From an uncultured Acidobacteriota bacterium (GTDB taxonomy: Bacteria; Acidobacteriota; Thermoanaerobaculia; Gp7-AA8): a DNA stretch of 64,000 nucleotides. The stretch covers positions 992,001-1,056,000 of the forward strand of contig CAWGHO010000003.1 of the NCBI GenBank assembly GCA_963822445.1, in the 5' to 3' direction. Numbering within the stretch: position 1 is the first letter of the stretch; every line of letters begins with the position of its first letter. Made by a program: the position numbers and the translations under genes. Shown piece by piece: positions 38,194-49,400 of the stretch. The notes below the pieces were generated by a model. It searched no databases, was not told the DNA's origin, and saw nothing but the letters and a program-made list of their open reading frames with translations.

Positions 38194-40050
38194 GTGAGCG
38201 AAGGCGCAATCATCGAAAGACATGAGGACGAAGGCGCGAAAGCCTTCGATCCGCATCTCACCCGGCGCCTGCTCCGTTATCTGAAACCGTATCGCTTCCG
38301 CGCCGGGCTCTCCGTCTTTCTGGTCATTCTCTCGTCGCTGTTCGAGATCGCCGGACCGGCGATCACGGCCATCGCGATCGATCTCTACGTGAAACCGATC
38401 GAAGGATCGACGCCGATCGGCGTGAGCGCGCGAATCGGGGAGTGGCTCGCGGCGAACGGCTTCGTGTTCGACTCGCACACGGGTATCACCATCGCCGCGG
38501 GTCTGTACCTGTTCGCACTCGCCGGTGGATTCGCCGTGCTCTACACGCAGATGGTGCTGATGAATCTGACGGGGCAGTACATCATGTACGACCTCCGCAA
38601 GCAGATCTTCGGTCACCTGCAGAAGCTCGACATTCAGTTCTTCGATCGCAACCCGGTGGGCCGGCTGATGACGCGCGTGACGACGGACGTCGACGCGCTG
38701 AACGATCTCTTCACCGCCGGATTCGTGGCCATCTTCGGCGACATCTTCGTGCTGGTCGGCATCGTCGGCGTGCTGTTCTGGATGAACTGGCGGATGGCGC
38801 TGGTGCTCTTCTCCATCACCCCGTTCATCATCCTGGTGTCGATCTGGTTCCGCCGCGGCGCGCGCAAGACGTATCGGCAGGTCCGCGCGCGCATCGCCGC
38901 GATCAACGCTTTCCTGCAGGAGCACATCTCCGGCATGTCGACGGTCCAGCTCTTCAACCGCGAGGAGAAGGAAGCGGAGAAATTCGAAGGGCTGAACGCC
39001 CGCCACCGCGACGCGAACATCGACTCGATCTTCTACTACGCCGTGTTCTATCCGGCGATCGAGCTGATCGAGACGATCGGCCTAGCGCTCATCGTCTGGT
39101 ACGGCGGCGGGAAGGTCATTCAGGGAACGCTGTCGGTCGGAGCGCTGATCGCCTTCTTCCAGTACTCGCAGCGTTTCTATCAGCCGATCTCCGACCTCTC
39201 CGAAAAGTACAACATCCTCCAGGCGGCCATGGCGGCCAGCGAGCGGATCTTCAAGCTGATCGACACGCCGGTGAAGATTCAGGACGAGGGGACGCTGGAG
39301 GTCGCGCATCTGGAGTCGATCGAGTTCCGCAACGTCTGGTTCGCGTATCACGAGCCCGAATGGGTGCTGAAGGATGTGTCGTTTCGCGTCGAGAACGGCG
39401 AGCGCGTGGCGCTGGTCGGCCATACCGGCGCCGGGAAAACGACGGTGACCTCGCTGCTCCTCCGGTTCTACGAGCCGCAGCGCGGGTCGATCCTCGTGAA
39501 CGGCGTGGAGATCGGCAAGTACCGGATCGAGTCGCTGCGGCGCCTGTTCGCGATCGTGCAGCAGGACTTTTTCCTCTTCACCGGCAACATCGCCGAGAAC
39601 ATCTCCCTCGGCGACCCGGACATCTCCGACGACCGCATCCGCACCGCCGCCGCGCGGGTGCAGGCGGACCGGTTCATCACCCGGCTGCCCGAGGGTTACG
39701 CGGCGCAGGTGCGCGAGCGGGGCGCCGGACTCTCCGTGGGGGAGAAACAGTTGCTTTCCTTCGCGAGAGCGCTCGCCTTCAACCCGCCGGTCCTGATCCT
39801 GGACGAGGCCACCTCGTCGATCGACACGGAGACCGAATTGCTGATCCAGGAGGCCATCCGCACGCTTCTGGAGGGGCGGACGTCGATCGTCATCGCTCAC
39901 CGCCTCTCGACCATCCGCTCGGCGGACACGATTCTCGTCTTCCACCATGGGGAGATCCGGGAGCGGGGGACGCATGACGAACTGATGCAGATCAGCGGGT
40001 TGTACCGGCGGCTGTATGAGATTCAGTACCGGGAGGCGGCGGTGGCGTGA
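38194..40050 (+). CDS. Heterodimeric ABC exporter subunit (MdlB/YheH-like)
   Basis: PVGRLMTRVTTD, GHTGAGKT, LSVGEKQL, LDEATSSID. Confidence 0.92.
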   Translation: MSEGAIIERHEDEGAKAFDPHLTRRLLRYLKPYRFRAGLSVFLVILSSLFEIAGPAITAIAIDLYVKPIEGSTPIGVSARIGEWLAANGFVFDSHTGITIAAGLYLFALAGGFAVLYTQMVLMNLTGQYIMYDLRKQIFGHLQKLDIQFFDRNPVGRLMTRVTTDVDALNDLFTAGFVAIFGDIFVLVGIVGVLFWMNWRMALVLFSITPFIILVSIWFRRGARKTYRQVRARIAAINAFLQEHISGMSTVQLFNREEKEAEKFEGLNARHRDANIDSIFYYAVFYPAIELIETIGLALIVWYGGGKVIQGTLSVGALIAFFQYSQRFYQPISDLSEKYNILQAAMAASERIFKLIDTPVKIQDEGTLEVAHLESIEFRNVWFAYHEPEWVLKDVSFRVENGERVALVGHTGAGKTTVTSLLLRFYEPQRGSILVNGVEIGKYRIESLRRLFAIVQQDFFLFTGNIAENISLGDPDISDDRIRTAAARVQADRFITRLPEGYAAQVRERGAGLSVGEKQLLSFARALAFNPPVLILDEATSSIDTETELLIQEAIRTLLEGRTSIVIAHRLSTIRSADTILVFHHGEIRERGTHDELMQISGLYRRLYEIQYREAAVA

Positions 40051-40072
40051 ATTGTGACGAAACCCGCGTTAT

Positions 40073-40101
40073 TTGACTTCCGTACGGACTGGGCCTAAGG
40101 T
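40073..40101 (+). promoter_or_regulatory. Sigma-70-type promoter
   Basis: TTGACT-N17-TAAGGT. Confidence 0.55.
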
Positions 40102-40153
40102 TGGCAAATCCAAGATAAGTGATGGATAGAATCCGTGAAGGGAGGGGAGGCGA

Positions 40154-40369
40154 GTGACCGTCAGGTTCTTCCCCGGAAGTCAAAGACACAAAACGAGTTT
40201 GATCGCAGGGTTTCTCAGGCAGTTCCGCGTTGACCACGAGATGGTCCGCCCCGAGGACTACACGAAGCACGTGCACAACCTCGGATCAGATCCAGCAGTA
40301 GAAGTGGATGGCCGCCTGTTCGTCGATCCCAACGTCGACGCGCTGAAAAAAATCCTGAAAGTGAACTAA
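40154..40369 (+). CDS. 71-aa protein, glutaredoxin-like pattern without cysteines
   Basis: GGGGAGG SD; FLRQFRVDH...PAVEVDG...ALKKIL. Confidence 0.65.
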   Translation: MTVRFFPGSQRHKTSLIAGFLRQFRVDHEMVRPEDYTKHVHNLGSDPAVEVDGRLFVDPNVDALKKILKVN

Positions 40370-40382
40370 GCCCCGGGCGGCG

Positions 40383-40682
40383 CTACGCCGTCCGGAACAT
40401 CTTCTGCGCTTCCTGCTCCACGGTCTGCTTGATCCGCCCCTCGAAGGGCTTGGCGAGCAACGGAAGCTTCCCGTGAATGATCAGCTCGGTATCGGTGACC
40501 TCCACCGTTCCCTCGACCGACAGTCCGCGGGCCTTTCCCCTGAAGCGCAGCGTGTCGCCGTCCCATTCGTGATGGAGATCGTCCGCGTGCTGGCTGAACT
40601 GGCCGAGTAGCTGGCCGAGGCGAAGCTCGATCTGCGAACGGGCCGCTGCTTTCGTGGTGCGGTGGGGAACGGTGATGTGCAT
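40383..40682 (-). CDS. Putative polyhydroxyalkanoic-acid-system (PHA_gran_rgn-like) protein
   Basis: ITVPH, WDGDTLRF, LPLLAKPFEGRI pattern. Confidence 0.75.
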   Translation of the reverse strand: MHITVPHRTTKAAARSQIELRLGQLLGQFSQHADDLHHEWDGDTLRFRGKARGLSVEGTVEVTDTELIIHGKLPLLAKPFEGRIKQTVEQEAQKMFRTA

Positions 40683-40723
40683 TGCTGCCCTCCGCGAATC
40701 GGATTGCGCGTCGCGTGCCGTCC

Positions 40724-41236
40724 CTAGCCGTCATGAACGTCGAGTCTCACCGGGTCGCCGGCACGGCACCCTTTGGTCGTGCAGTCGAGAAGCGGCACCC
40801 AGTAAAACGAAGCGCCCGGTCTGCCGCCGGAGGAGATGCGCACCGCTATGCCGTCGGTCGGGTTCCCGGCAACGCCGCGTTCGAGAATCGGGGAGACTTC
40901 AACAAGGACGCCTTCGACGTACGCTCCATTGCGAGGGGCGGCCACGGCGACGATGGAACATGCGACGTTTTTCGGAACATCGATCTCAGCAGGCTCGAAC
41001 CGCGCTCGCAATCCATCCTCGATCCGGCCGACTTCTTCGACTTCGGCTGCGGTGGCCGGGATGGACTTGTAATGAATCCATAGTGCCGGAATCGGCCAGA
41101 TGGGCTGGGTTTTCGAGACGAGAGAAACAGTCCGTGAATTCCGCAGTTCATCGATCGTGCAGATTTGCCTGAGAACGGCCTCCGCAGGCGATTGGGGAGT
41201 GCTCGCACATCCGAAAAGGAGTGCAGACAACCACAC
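40724..41236 (-). CDS. Hypothetical lipoprotein; start uncertain
   Basis: Lipobox-like LFGC; lies downstream of the Sel1 gene in the RHS operon. Confidence 0.5.
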   Translation of the reverse strand: MWLSALLFGCASTPQSPAEAVLRQICTIDELRNSRTVSLVSKTQPIWPIPALWIHYKSIPATAAEVEEVGRIEDGLRARFEPAEIDVPKNVACSIVAVAAPRNGAYVEGVLVEVSPILERGVAGNPTDGIAVRISSGGRPGASFYWVPLLDCTTKGCRAGDPVRLDVHDG

Positions 41237-41283
41237 GGCGGAAACCGATATGCCTCGCAGGACGGACGCTCTGACAGCTGACG

Positions 41284-41934
41284 CTACCGCACCCTCTGTT
41301 CATTCAGAATGCCCTGGATGAGCTTACGTTGCTTCTGAAGTTGAGAAGCGAAGTAGGACTTCGGATGGACCGACGCCAGGGCCCGGTCCTGAAGCACGGT
41401 GCATTCTCGGCACTGCTGGATGTCGCGCTCGGCCGCGGCCCTGTCGCACAACCAGAGGATTGCGTCGACATCGCCTCCATGCGCCCCCTTGCGGAACCAG
41501 GATTCGGCGGTTTCCAGGTTTCTGGTGACGCCGGCGCCGTCGCGGTACAGCTTGCCCAGGGTCGACTGGGCGGTCGACGAGCCATGCTCCGCCGAGCGGT
41601 GCAGGTAGCCCATGGCCATTCGTTTTTGTTCGGGGTCGTCACTCCCATTCAACCTGTCGAACATGTGGAACTCGGCTCTCGCATCGCCCGCGTCCGCCGC
41701 CCGCCGCAGCCATGCCACGGCTTTCTCGGGTTGTTCTCCCTCGTCGAAGTAGATGTAGAGGCGCATCATCGCGGGCACGTTGCCATTGGCCGCGGCTCGC
41801 TCCAGCTCCCGGATCTGCTCATCGCCGAGATGCTCACCACAGCAGGTCTTCCTGATCATGAAGTAGGAAGCCGCTGCGATCAGCAAAGCCGCCGCGAAGA
41901 GCAGGCTAATCCCACGGAAGTGGACGTATCTCAT
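41284..41934 (-). CDS. Sel1-like repeat protein; candidate immunity protein
   Basis: AVAWLRRAADAGD, AQSTLGKLYRDGAGV, WFRKGA; N-terminal TM/signal; overlaps the RHS 3' end. Confidence 0.82.
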   Translation of the reverse strand: MRYVHFRGISLLFAAALLIAAASYFMIRKTCCGEHLGDEQIRELERAAANGNVPAMMRLYIYFDEGEQPEKAVAWLRRAADAGDARAEFHMFDRLNGSDDPEQKRMAMGYLHRSAEHGSSTAQSTLGKLYRDGAGVTRNLETAESWFRKGAHGGDVDAILWLCDRAAAERDIQQCRECTVLQDRALASVHPKSYFASQLQKQRKLIQGILNEQRVR

Positions 41935-43483
41935 CTTTTTCCTGTTGTCGAACGCCGTTGACGAACGTTACCTGATTCCCACGCGTCGTGAAATCCGGCC
42001 AACCCTCGCGCTTCTGTCCACCGTTTGCCCCCCACGTCCCCCACGTACCCAGATCGACCCCGAAGGTCCAGGTTGGCTGGTCGTTACCAGTCACGGACGT
42101 CTGCATGATCTTCGACAGCTCTTCCGCAATGGAATCGTCACCTCGCGCCGAGTTACAGGAGTTGAGGATGATTGCCGTGCCGGGACGCCATATCTGGGAG
42201 TCTGCCCGGATTTTGTCGGCCAGCTCCTGCGCAGTCATTCCATTCACTTTCGAGCTGGTTCCGTGAGAATTGATGAGGATCGTGTTGTCCGGCACGGAGT
42301 TCAGCCATGCTGCCATTCGATTGCTGTATTCGCGCTTGCCGAAGAACGTCATCTTTTCGCCTTCAGCGCTCTGCTCGGTTTCAGCCGTGGCCGTGGAGCT
42401 CTTCTTTGGCTCAGGCTCCTCTCCGCACGGTTTGTCGCCACGTTTCTCGAAACACGGCGGCCCCTTGTCCGCCAATCCGAACGGGTCAGTCCGGCTCATC
42501 GGATTGTTACGCGTATACGCATAGCGGTTCCAGGATTGCGGATCGCGCTGATCACCAAGCACCGGATCAATGGACAGGAAGCGGCCCAGAGCCGGCGAGT
42601 AATACCGCGCGTGCATGTAGTCGAGGGTGTCGGGTCCGTCGGTCAGCCACTTATCGCGCTCGTGGCCGGTGTACTGCAGGGGAGTGGCCGCCGGTTCCGT
42701 CAACCCGCCGCTGACCTCCGGGCCGAATGCGTAGTAGTCGTGAAACCCGATGATGCGATTGTTCTGATTGGTCACGCGCCGCGGCGTGCCGAGGTGGTCG
42801 AGGTGATAGTGCTCCCTAGCGGCGCCGATCCCGGTGCGACGCACGGACGCGAGCAGGAGCCCGTCGCGATAGACATAATCGCGAGTCCAGGTGAAGGCGC
42901 CCTGTGCATTGCTGGCGAATTCGCGCAGGACTTTCCCGTTCACATCGCGAATGGTCCAGGTCCACGACGAGCCGACCAGGTGGGTCGCAATACGCTCGTC
43001 GTCCGCCGTATAGACGAATTCCTTGGCCATCCCCCCGCCGCTGTCATCGCGGACGGGCATGTTCAGGATGTCGTACGTGTACGTGTGTCCCTGGTACGTA
43101 CGGATGTTGCCGGCGTCGTCATAGTTCAGGTTCTCGACGCGATTCGTCGTGGAATCGATGGACTGGCCGAACTGGCAATCGCTCACTTCCGTGGTTTCGG
43201 GCGCGTGCGTGCAGCCGGTGCGGTTACCGAAGGCGTCGTACGTGTACACGCGCGTGACGCCGTTGACATCGGCCTGCACCAACCGGCCAGCCTTGTCGTA
43301 AACGAACCTGTCCTTGTCGATCTGGCGCACGTTGCCCGAGCCGTCGTAGGTGTACTGAAGGCCGTTGTTCCAGTTCACCTTCTCGGCCGGGGCAGGGCCG
43401 GCAGCAGGAGCGATCCGCGCATCCGCCAGAAGCGGAGCCGCGGCCAGAATGGAAGCGAGAGAGACGATCGTGAGTCGAATCAT
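41906..43483 (-). CDS. Stand-alone RHS-core protein with own signal peptide and C-terminal HG...C protease-like tip
   Basis: MIRLTIVSLASILAAAPLLA; YD repeats; HLDHLGTPR, YTGHERD, DYMHARYY, NNPMSRTDPFG. Confidence 0.92.
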   Translation of the reverse strand: MIRLTIVSLASILAAAPLLADARIAPAAGPAPAEKVNWNNGLQYTYDGSGNVRQIDKDRFVYDKAGRLVQADVNGVTRVYTYDAFGNRTGCTHAPETTEVSDCQFGQSIDSTTNRVENLNYDDAGNIRTYQGHTYTYDILNMPVRDDSGGGMAKEFVYTADDERIATHLVGSSWTWTIRDVNGKVLREFASNAQGAFTWTRDYVYRDGLLLASVRRTGIGAAREHYHLDHLGTPRRVTNQNNRIIGFHDYYAFGPEVSGGLTEPAATPLQYTGHERDKWLTDGPDTLDYMHARYYSPALGRFLSIDPVLGDQRDPQSWNRYAYTRNNPMSRTDPFGLADKGPPCFEKRGDKPCGEEPEPKKSSTATAETEQSAEGEKMTFFGKREYSNRMAAWLNSVPDNTILINSHGTSSKVNGMTAQELADKIRADSQIWRPGTAIILNSCNSARGDDSIAEELSKIMQTSVTGNDQPTWTFGVDLGTWGTWGANGGQKREGWPDFTTRGNQVTFVNGVRQQEKDEIRPLPWD

Positions 43484-43485
43484 GG

Positions 43486-46400
43486 CTATTTCTTCCCAAC
43501 CACCTGGACGTTGCCCTGGCCCACCCGTTGTTCGACGGCTCGCAGGCCGTCCCAACCGGTGGCGAGCCAGATGCCGCCGTCACGTTTGAGCAGGACCACG
43601 CTGACGGCGTCGTTGACGGAGGGCTCACCGGCGTCGGTCGCGGTCACGACGAGCGGCGCGCCGTCGACGATGACGGCCGGTGCCGTCGAATCCGTGACGT
43701 CGCGCAGCGTGGCCGTGCCGACTATCGTGGCCAGACCACCCGCGGCGGTCCGGCGGATGGACATCGAGACGGGAGCCGCGGTCAGCTCGTACGAACGAGC
43801 GACTTCGCCTTCCGTGCGCGTGAACGCGAACGTGAGCTTGCCTTTCAGGACGGCGTCTTTGTCGTATTGCAGGTTGACGTTGAAGCGCAGCGACGTTGCT
43901 GTCTGTGGTGCGTACGGACCGGCCGCCGAGGCCACGCCGGCGCTGCCACCGCCGTTGAGCGAATCCTCGGTCGGCGTGGCGATGGTCATCGCCAGATCCT
44001 CCGCCGCAGCGTCACGGGTGTAATGGCCGCCGACGCGCGCGCCGACGGTCAGCAATGCCGGGAGCGTCGTGCCGAAGTCGCGCGTGAACGTGCACGTGGC
44101 TACGCCGGTCCGCTCGTCCGTGGCGACGAGCAGCCCGATCGGAGCGGTGCAGAGAACGGTGTCCGTGGAACGATCGACGAAGGTGAGCGTGGCCGTGCGG
44201 ATGTCACCCGCATCGACGTCACCGTTTGCCTCGGCGGTGACGCTGATGTCGCGAACCGTGGCCGCGAGGGTCACGCTCGTCAGTCCGCTGCGCGCGCCGC
44301 CGATGAAGGCCGGCGAGGTGATCAGCACCCGCGCATCCTCGGCAGTCACAGTGAACGTCGAGCCGACGTACGTGATCGCGTAATTGCTCGAGGTCAGGCC
44401 GCCGATGGTGATCGGGTACGTACCCGGCGGGGAGAGGCGCTCGGCCGTGGTCTGGATCGACAGAACGCCGGTGAGCACCGCCGGAGTCTCGCCGAGGACG
44501 AAGCCGGTGAACGTGGCCGTCAGTTGCGGCAGGGGATCGCTGTACTGCTTCGAAGCCGGATTCGCGGCGATGGTCAGCGGCGCGGGAAGAACCGTCAGTG
44601 TCGACGGCGTGATGGTCACGTCGTAGTTGACCAGACGGTTGTTGGGATCGACGAGCGTCGCCGTGATCGGATACGTGCCGGTCACGCTCTCGTGCGTGGC
44701 CGTGGTGGCGTACGACGGCGCGATCGGATCGTTGTTGACGACGCCGGTGAGGACGCCTGTCAGCGCCGGAACCGGCGCGCCGTAGAGCTTCGACTTGGCG
44801 TCGACGACGAGCGACAGCGGCGCGCGGAGCACGTCGAGCGTGACCGACGCCGACGCGGGGAGGTAGTTCGGCGTTTCGGCAACGGCGACGGAGAGAACTT
44901 GTCCCCCGGCGTCGAGCACGGTCCCGGCCGGTGGCGTATACGTCAAAGCGCCGTGCGCCGCGGGTCCGACCACCTGTACGGCGGCGTTGAGCTGCGTCGC
45001 CGACAGCGCCGTTCCGTAGACGATCGGCACGGGTGCTGTCCAGACGATGGTCTGCGGGGCTTTGGCCACGTCGATCGTGGTGGCGATGTCGCCCTCGTTG
45101 TAGTTGCGCGTGTCGGACGGCGTGAAGTGTGCGGACAGCGTGTGACCCGTACCCGCGTCGAGAATCGTTCCCGCGGCGGGCGTGTAGTCGAACGTGCCCG
45201 GCACGTCAGCCGTGGCGTTGAGTTGCGTGGACGAAAGGGCCGTGCCGTAGACGATCTCCGCCGGCTTCGACCAGGCGAGAACGGGATCGGCCTTCTGCAC
45301 TTCGAGCGTCGTGGTGGTGCTGGCGTCGTTGTAGTTGCCCGTGTCGGTGGGCGTGAAACTCGCGGTGAGCGTATGCAGACCGGCTTCGAGCAACGTGCCG
45401 GCCGGCGGCGTGTAGATGAGCGTGCCCGGCACGTTGGCGGTGGCGTTGAGCTGTGTCGCGCCGAGGAGAGCCTTGTAGACGATCGGCGCGGGCTGCGGCC
45501 AGGTCAGGACCGGCGTCGCCTTGAGGACGTCGAGCGTCACCGTCTTGCCGGCGGCGTTGTAGTTCGGTGTTGCCGCGACAGAGACGGAGAGGGCCTGTCC
45601 CGCGCCGGCCTGGAGAACCGTGCCGGCGGCAGGGGAGTACGTCACCGCACCGGCGGGCGAGGGACCGACCACGGTGACCGTGGCAGCGAGCTGCGTCGAT
45701 GACAGCGGCGTGCCGTAGACGATCGGCGCCGGCTGCGGCCAGGTGATGATCTGCTCCGCTTTGGCCACGTCGAGGAAGACCTTCAGCGTGACGGATTCGT
45801 AGTTGCGCACGTCGCCGGGGATGAGCTTCGCTGTCAGCTCGTGACGTCCCGCGTCGAGAACGCTGCCGAGCTTCGGCGTGTAGGCGAACTGGCCGGGGAT
45901 GCTGGTCGTGGCATTGAGCTGCGTCGCGGAGAGCGGCGAGCCGTAGACGATCGGCGCCGGAGCGCTCCACGTCGCCACCGGCGTGGCTTTGGTGATCTCG
46001 ATCGTGACGAACGCCGTCGCCGGCTGGTACCGGCTGTCGGCAGGCGTGAAGACGACAGCGAGTCGCTCCGTGCCGGCGCTCAGGATCGTGCCCGCCGGTG
46101 GCGTGTATGCGAACGTCCCCGGCACATTCGTCGTGGCGTTGAGCTGCGTCGACGACAGCGGCGTGCCGTAGACGATCGGAGCGGGGTTGTTCCAGGTAAC
46201 GAGCGCCGAGGAACGCGCGACCACGACGTCCACGGTGGCCGTGGCGGAGTTGTAGTGATCCGTCCCGGCCGCGCTGACTTTCAACTCGTGGGTGCCTTCA
46301 GGCAGCAGGGTGCCGGCGGGCGGCGTGTAGGTCAGCGCGCCGGCCGGCGCGGGACCGGAGGTGATGACCGCGGCATTGAGCTGGGCCGCGGTGAGAGCAT

Positions 46401-49400
46401 CACCGAATGGCATCGTCGCCGGATCGGACCAGCGGATGATCTGCTCGCCCTTCCCGACATCGATGGTGGTCGTGGCCGTGGAGAGGCTGTGGTTCGGGCT
46501 CTCGGGCTCGAACGTCACCCGCAACGTCTGCGCGTTGCCCACGGCCAGGAGCGTGCCCGGCTCCGGATCGTAGGTGAATTCACCGGCCAGGTTGGAGGTG
46601 GCGTTGAGCTGTGCGCTGCCGAGCGGCGCGCCGTACTTGATCGCTTCCGGGCTGGCCCAGGTCACTGACGAAAGAGCCTTCTGGACGATGAGCAGCGCGT
46701 TCTTCGTGATCGGCGCGAGCGTCGCGTCGGCCGGCGTGAAGGTCACGCCGAGGGTCTGATAGCCGGCATTGAGAATCGTGCCCGCGGGCGGTGTGTAGAC
46801 GAACGTGCCGGGTACATCGGCGGTGGCATTGAGCTGCGCCGCGGAGAGCGGCGTGCCGTAGCCGATGGGTGCCGGGTCGGTCCACGTTACGGTTGCCGGC
46901 GCGGCCGTGACGACCAGGTTTGTAGTCGAGGACGACGCGTTGTGCGTCGTGTCGCCGTCGAAGCGGACCGTGATCGCGTTCGGATACGTTCCTGCCGCGA
47001 TTCCGGCCACGCTCTTCGCGGCCTGGACCAGGCCGGTTGCGTCGGTTCGCAGACGAGCGAACTCGCTGCCATTGAGAGCGAAGACGAGCTCCCTCTGCGC
47101 GAGCGGGGTGCTGCCGGCAGCGAGCGTCGCGGTCACGGCCACGGCCGTACCGACGGTGGGCGGATCGGCGACCACGGCGATGGAGGTCGCCGTACGCGGA
47201 TCGGTGCCGGTGCCGGAGGGGCCGGCGACAGTGCTGCCGCCGCCGCCGATCTGCCAGTTCAGATCCTCGCGTTTGTCGATTGTGACGGCCTTCTCGGGGT
47301 CGGGATCGATATAGAGACCGCTCATGACCCAGACCTTGTGCTCGCCGGTTACGACGTTGCGCCAGACGATGTCCGGTCTGCCCAGCGAGTCGCCGTCGAA
47401 GTTGCCGATCACGGCCGGCATCCAGTTGGGATCGAGCGTCGTGGCCAGCGGCTTGATGGCGGCTTCGAGCCTGCGCAGCGGAGAGCGGCCCATCTTGTCG
47501 CCCTGAGGCGTGATCTGCGGGCCCTGCTTCGCGTCATTCATGACCCAGATCGAGTTCTCACCGGTATTGCGGTTGTGGAAGAAGAGGTCCGGCCTACCGT
47601 CGCCGCTGAAGTCATCGGCGCCGTGGAGACCCCAGCCCTGACCCGAGTTCGCCGGCAGGGCCCAGGTGCCTTCGCGGTCGGCTCCGTCCATGAACCAGAT
47701 CTCGTTTTCACCCGTGGCTTCGTTGTGCCAGACGATGTCGTCGTTGTAGTCGTCGTCGAGATCGGCCACGCCGCCGATCGTCCAGGGGCCGTCTTTGCGC
47801 AGCTCGATCGGTTGCGGAGGCTGGATCGGAGTCGTTCCGCTCATCCTCCAGACCTCGTTCGCGCCGGTCTCGGGATCGCGCCAGACCAGGTCCGGACGCT
47901 CGCTGTCGTCGATGTCGCCCACGCTCTGCAACCGCATGCCGGGCTTGGTGTTCACCGGCAGGCCGAACGTCTGGAGCCGGTTGCCCTTGGCATCGAGCGT
48001 CCAGATTTCATTCGCACCGGTGACCGTGTTGTGCCAGACCAGGTCCGCGACCACGTCGCCGTTGAACGATTTGGAGACCGAGCGCCGCCGCTGGCGCGGC
48101 TGCTGGTAGAAGAAGGCGGCCGCCGTGCGGCTGATCTGTGAGCCGCAGGAGTTGGTGACCTTGGCCCAGTAGAAGGTCATCCCGTGCGGCCGGACGGTGG
48201 CGGTGTCGGTGTTTCCGCCGTCCGCGGCAGAAATGGGGTCGCTCTCGTCGCCGGCTTTGCCGCGGTACCACTGCCAGGTTCCCGACGCGTTCGCCCACAG
48301 CTTGATCTCGCTGGAATGGCCGAAGATGAGATGGTCGCCGGGCGCCTGATTCAGGCCCCAGGGGAAGGAGTTGGTGATCAGCGGCACGCTGCAGCTGCTG
48401 CCGGCGTTGCGGAAGGTGACCGACTTGCTGACCACCCCTTCGCACCACTCGTTGTCGACGGTCGCGACGTAGGTCACGGTTTCGCCGTCGTCGGGATAGC
48501 CTGCGTCGCCGGGCGCGAGCGTCAGCGCGGAACAGTCGTCATTCGGACAATCACGGATCTTCCGGCCGTTCGCGTACCACCTGTAATTGAGATACGTGCC
48601 TTCCACGTGGATGCGCAGGGAGACGTTCTGTCCGTTCCGGACGGTGCCGCCGTCCTCGAGGTCGCTGACCATGGTCGGGCAGACGACCGGCGGCGGCGCT
48701 TCCTGGTTCACCCGGGCCGTCTCGACGCCGCCGTTGATGGAGAGCGTCGCCATGCGCTGCTTGCCGTTGTTGACGTCGGCGCGGAAGGAAACGATGCCGT
48801 TGCCCTTGCCGCTCCAGGAAATGAGATCGAGCCAGTCCTGGTCATCCGTGACGGTCCACTCGCATTCGGCCGGGGCGATGACGTTGACGCTGCCGTCGAA
48901 CGCGAACTTGTACGGGATGAAAACGGGCGAGGTCGAGAAGCGGAACGTGCAGTCGCTGCCTTGCTCGACAGGGATGTTCTTGGTGTTGTAGTCGAAATCG
49001 ACCCAGACGTTGTCGGAGCGCTGGCCGGAGCCGCCGAGCGCCGGCACATCGACGTTGAACTCGCCGTATCCCTGCTTCTTCACGATCGGTCCGACGCGAT
49101 TCGACAGGAACCCCGATGGGTTCATCGGCTCCCACGAGCACCTGTTCGATGTGTTGACGGCGACCGCGAAGATCCCGCCCGCCGCGCCGACATTCATGAA
49201 ACTCGGAACGACGGTGTACGACATGAAGTCGCAGATGATGGTGATGTCCGCGGTATCGGTTTCCGCCGGGAACAGCCCGCCGGCGTAGCTGACGGTCACG
49301 CCGTCCTTGTGGGTAGCCTGAGCGAGGTCGAGCGTGTACTCGAGCACGGCTTCGCCGGTCGGACCGGTCTTCGCCGTACCGATCGGTGTGCCGAGGACGC

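Noticed and set aside
44821-46893. CRISPR-like periodic repeats
   Set aside because: Degenerate ~230 nt protein-coding repeats; no constant repeat with unique spacers and no cas genes
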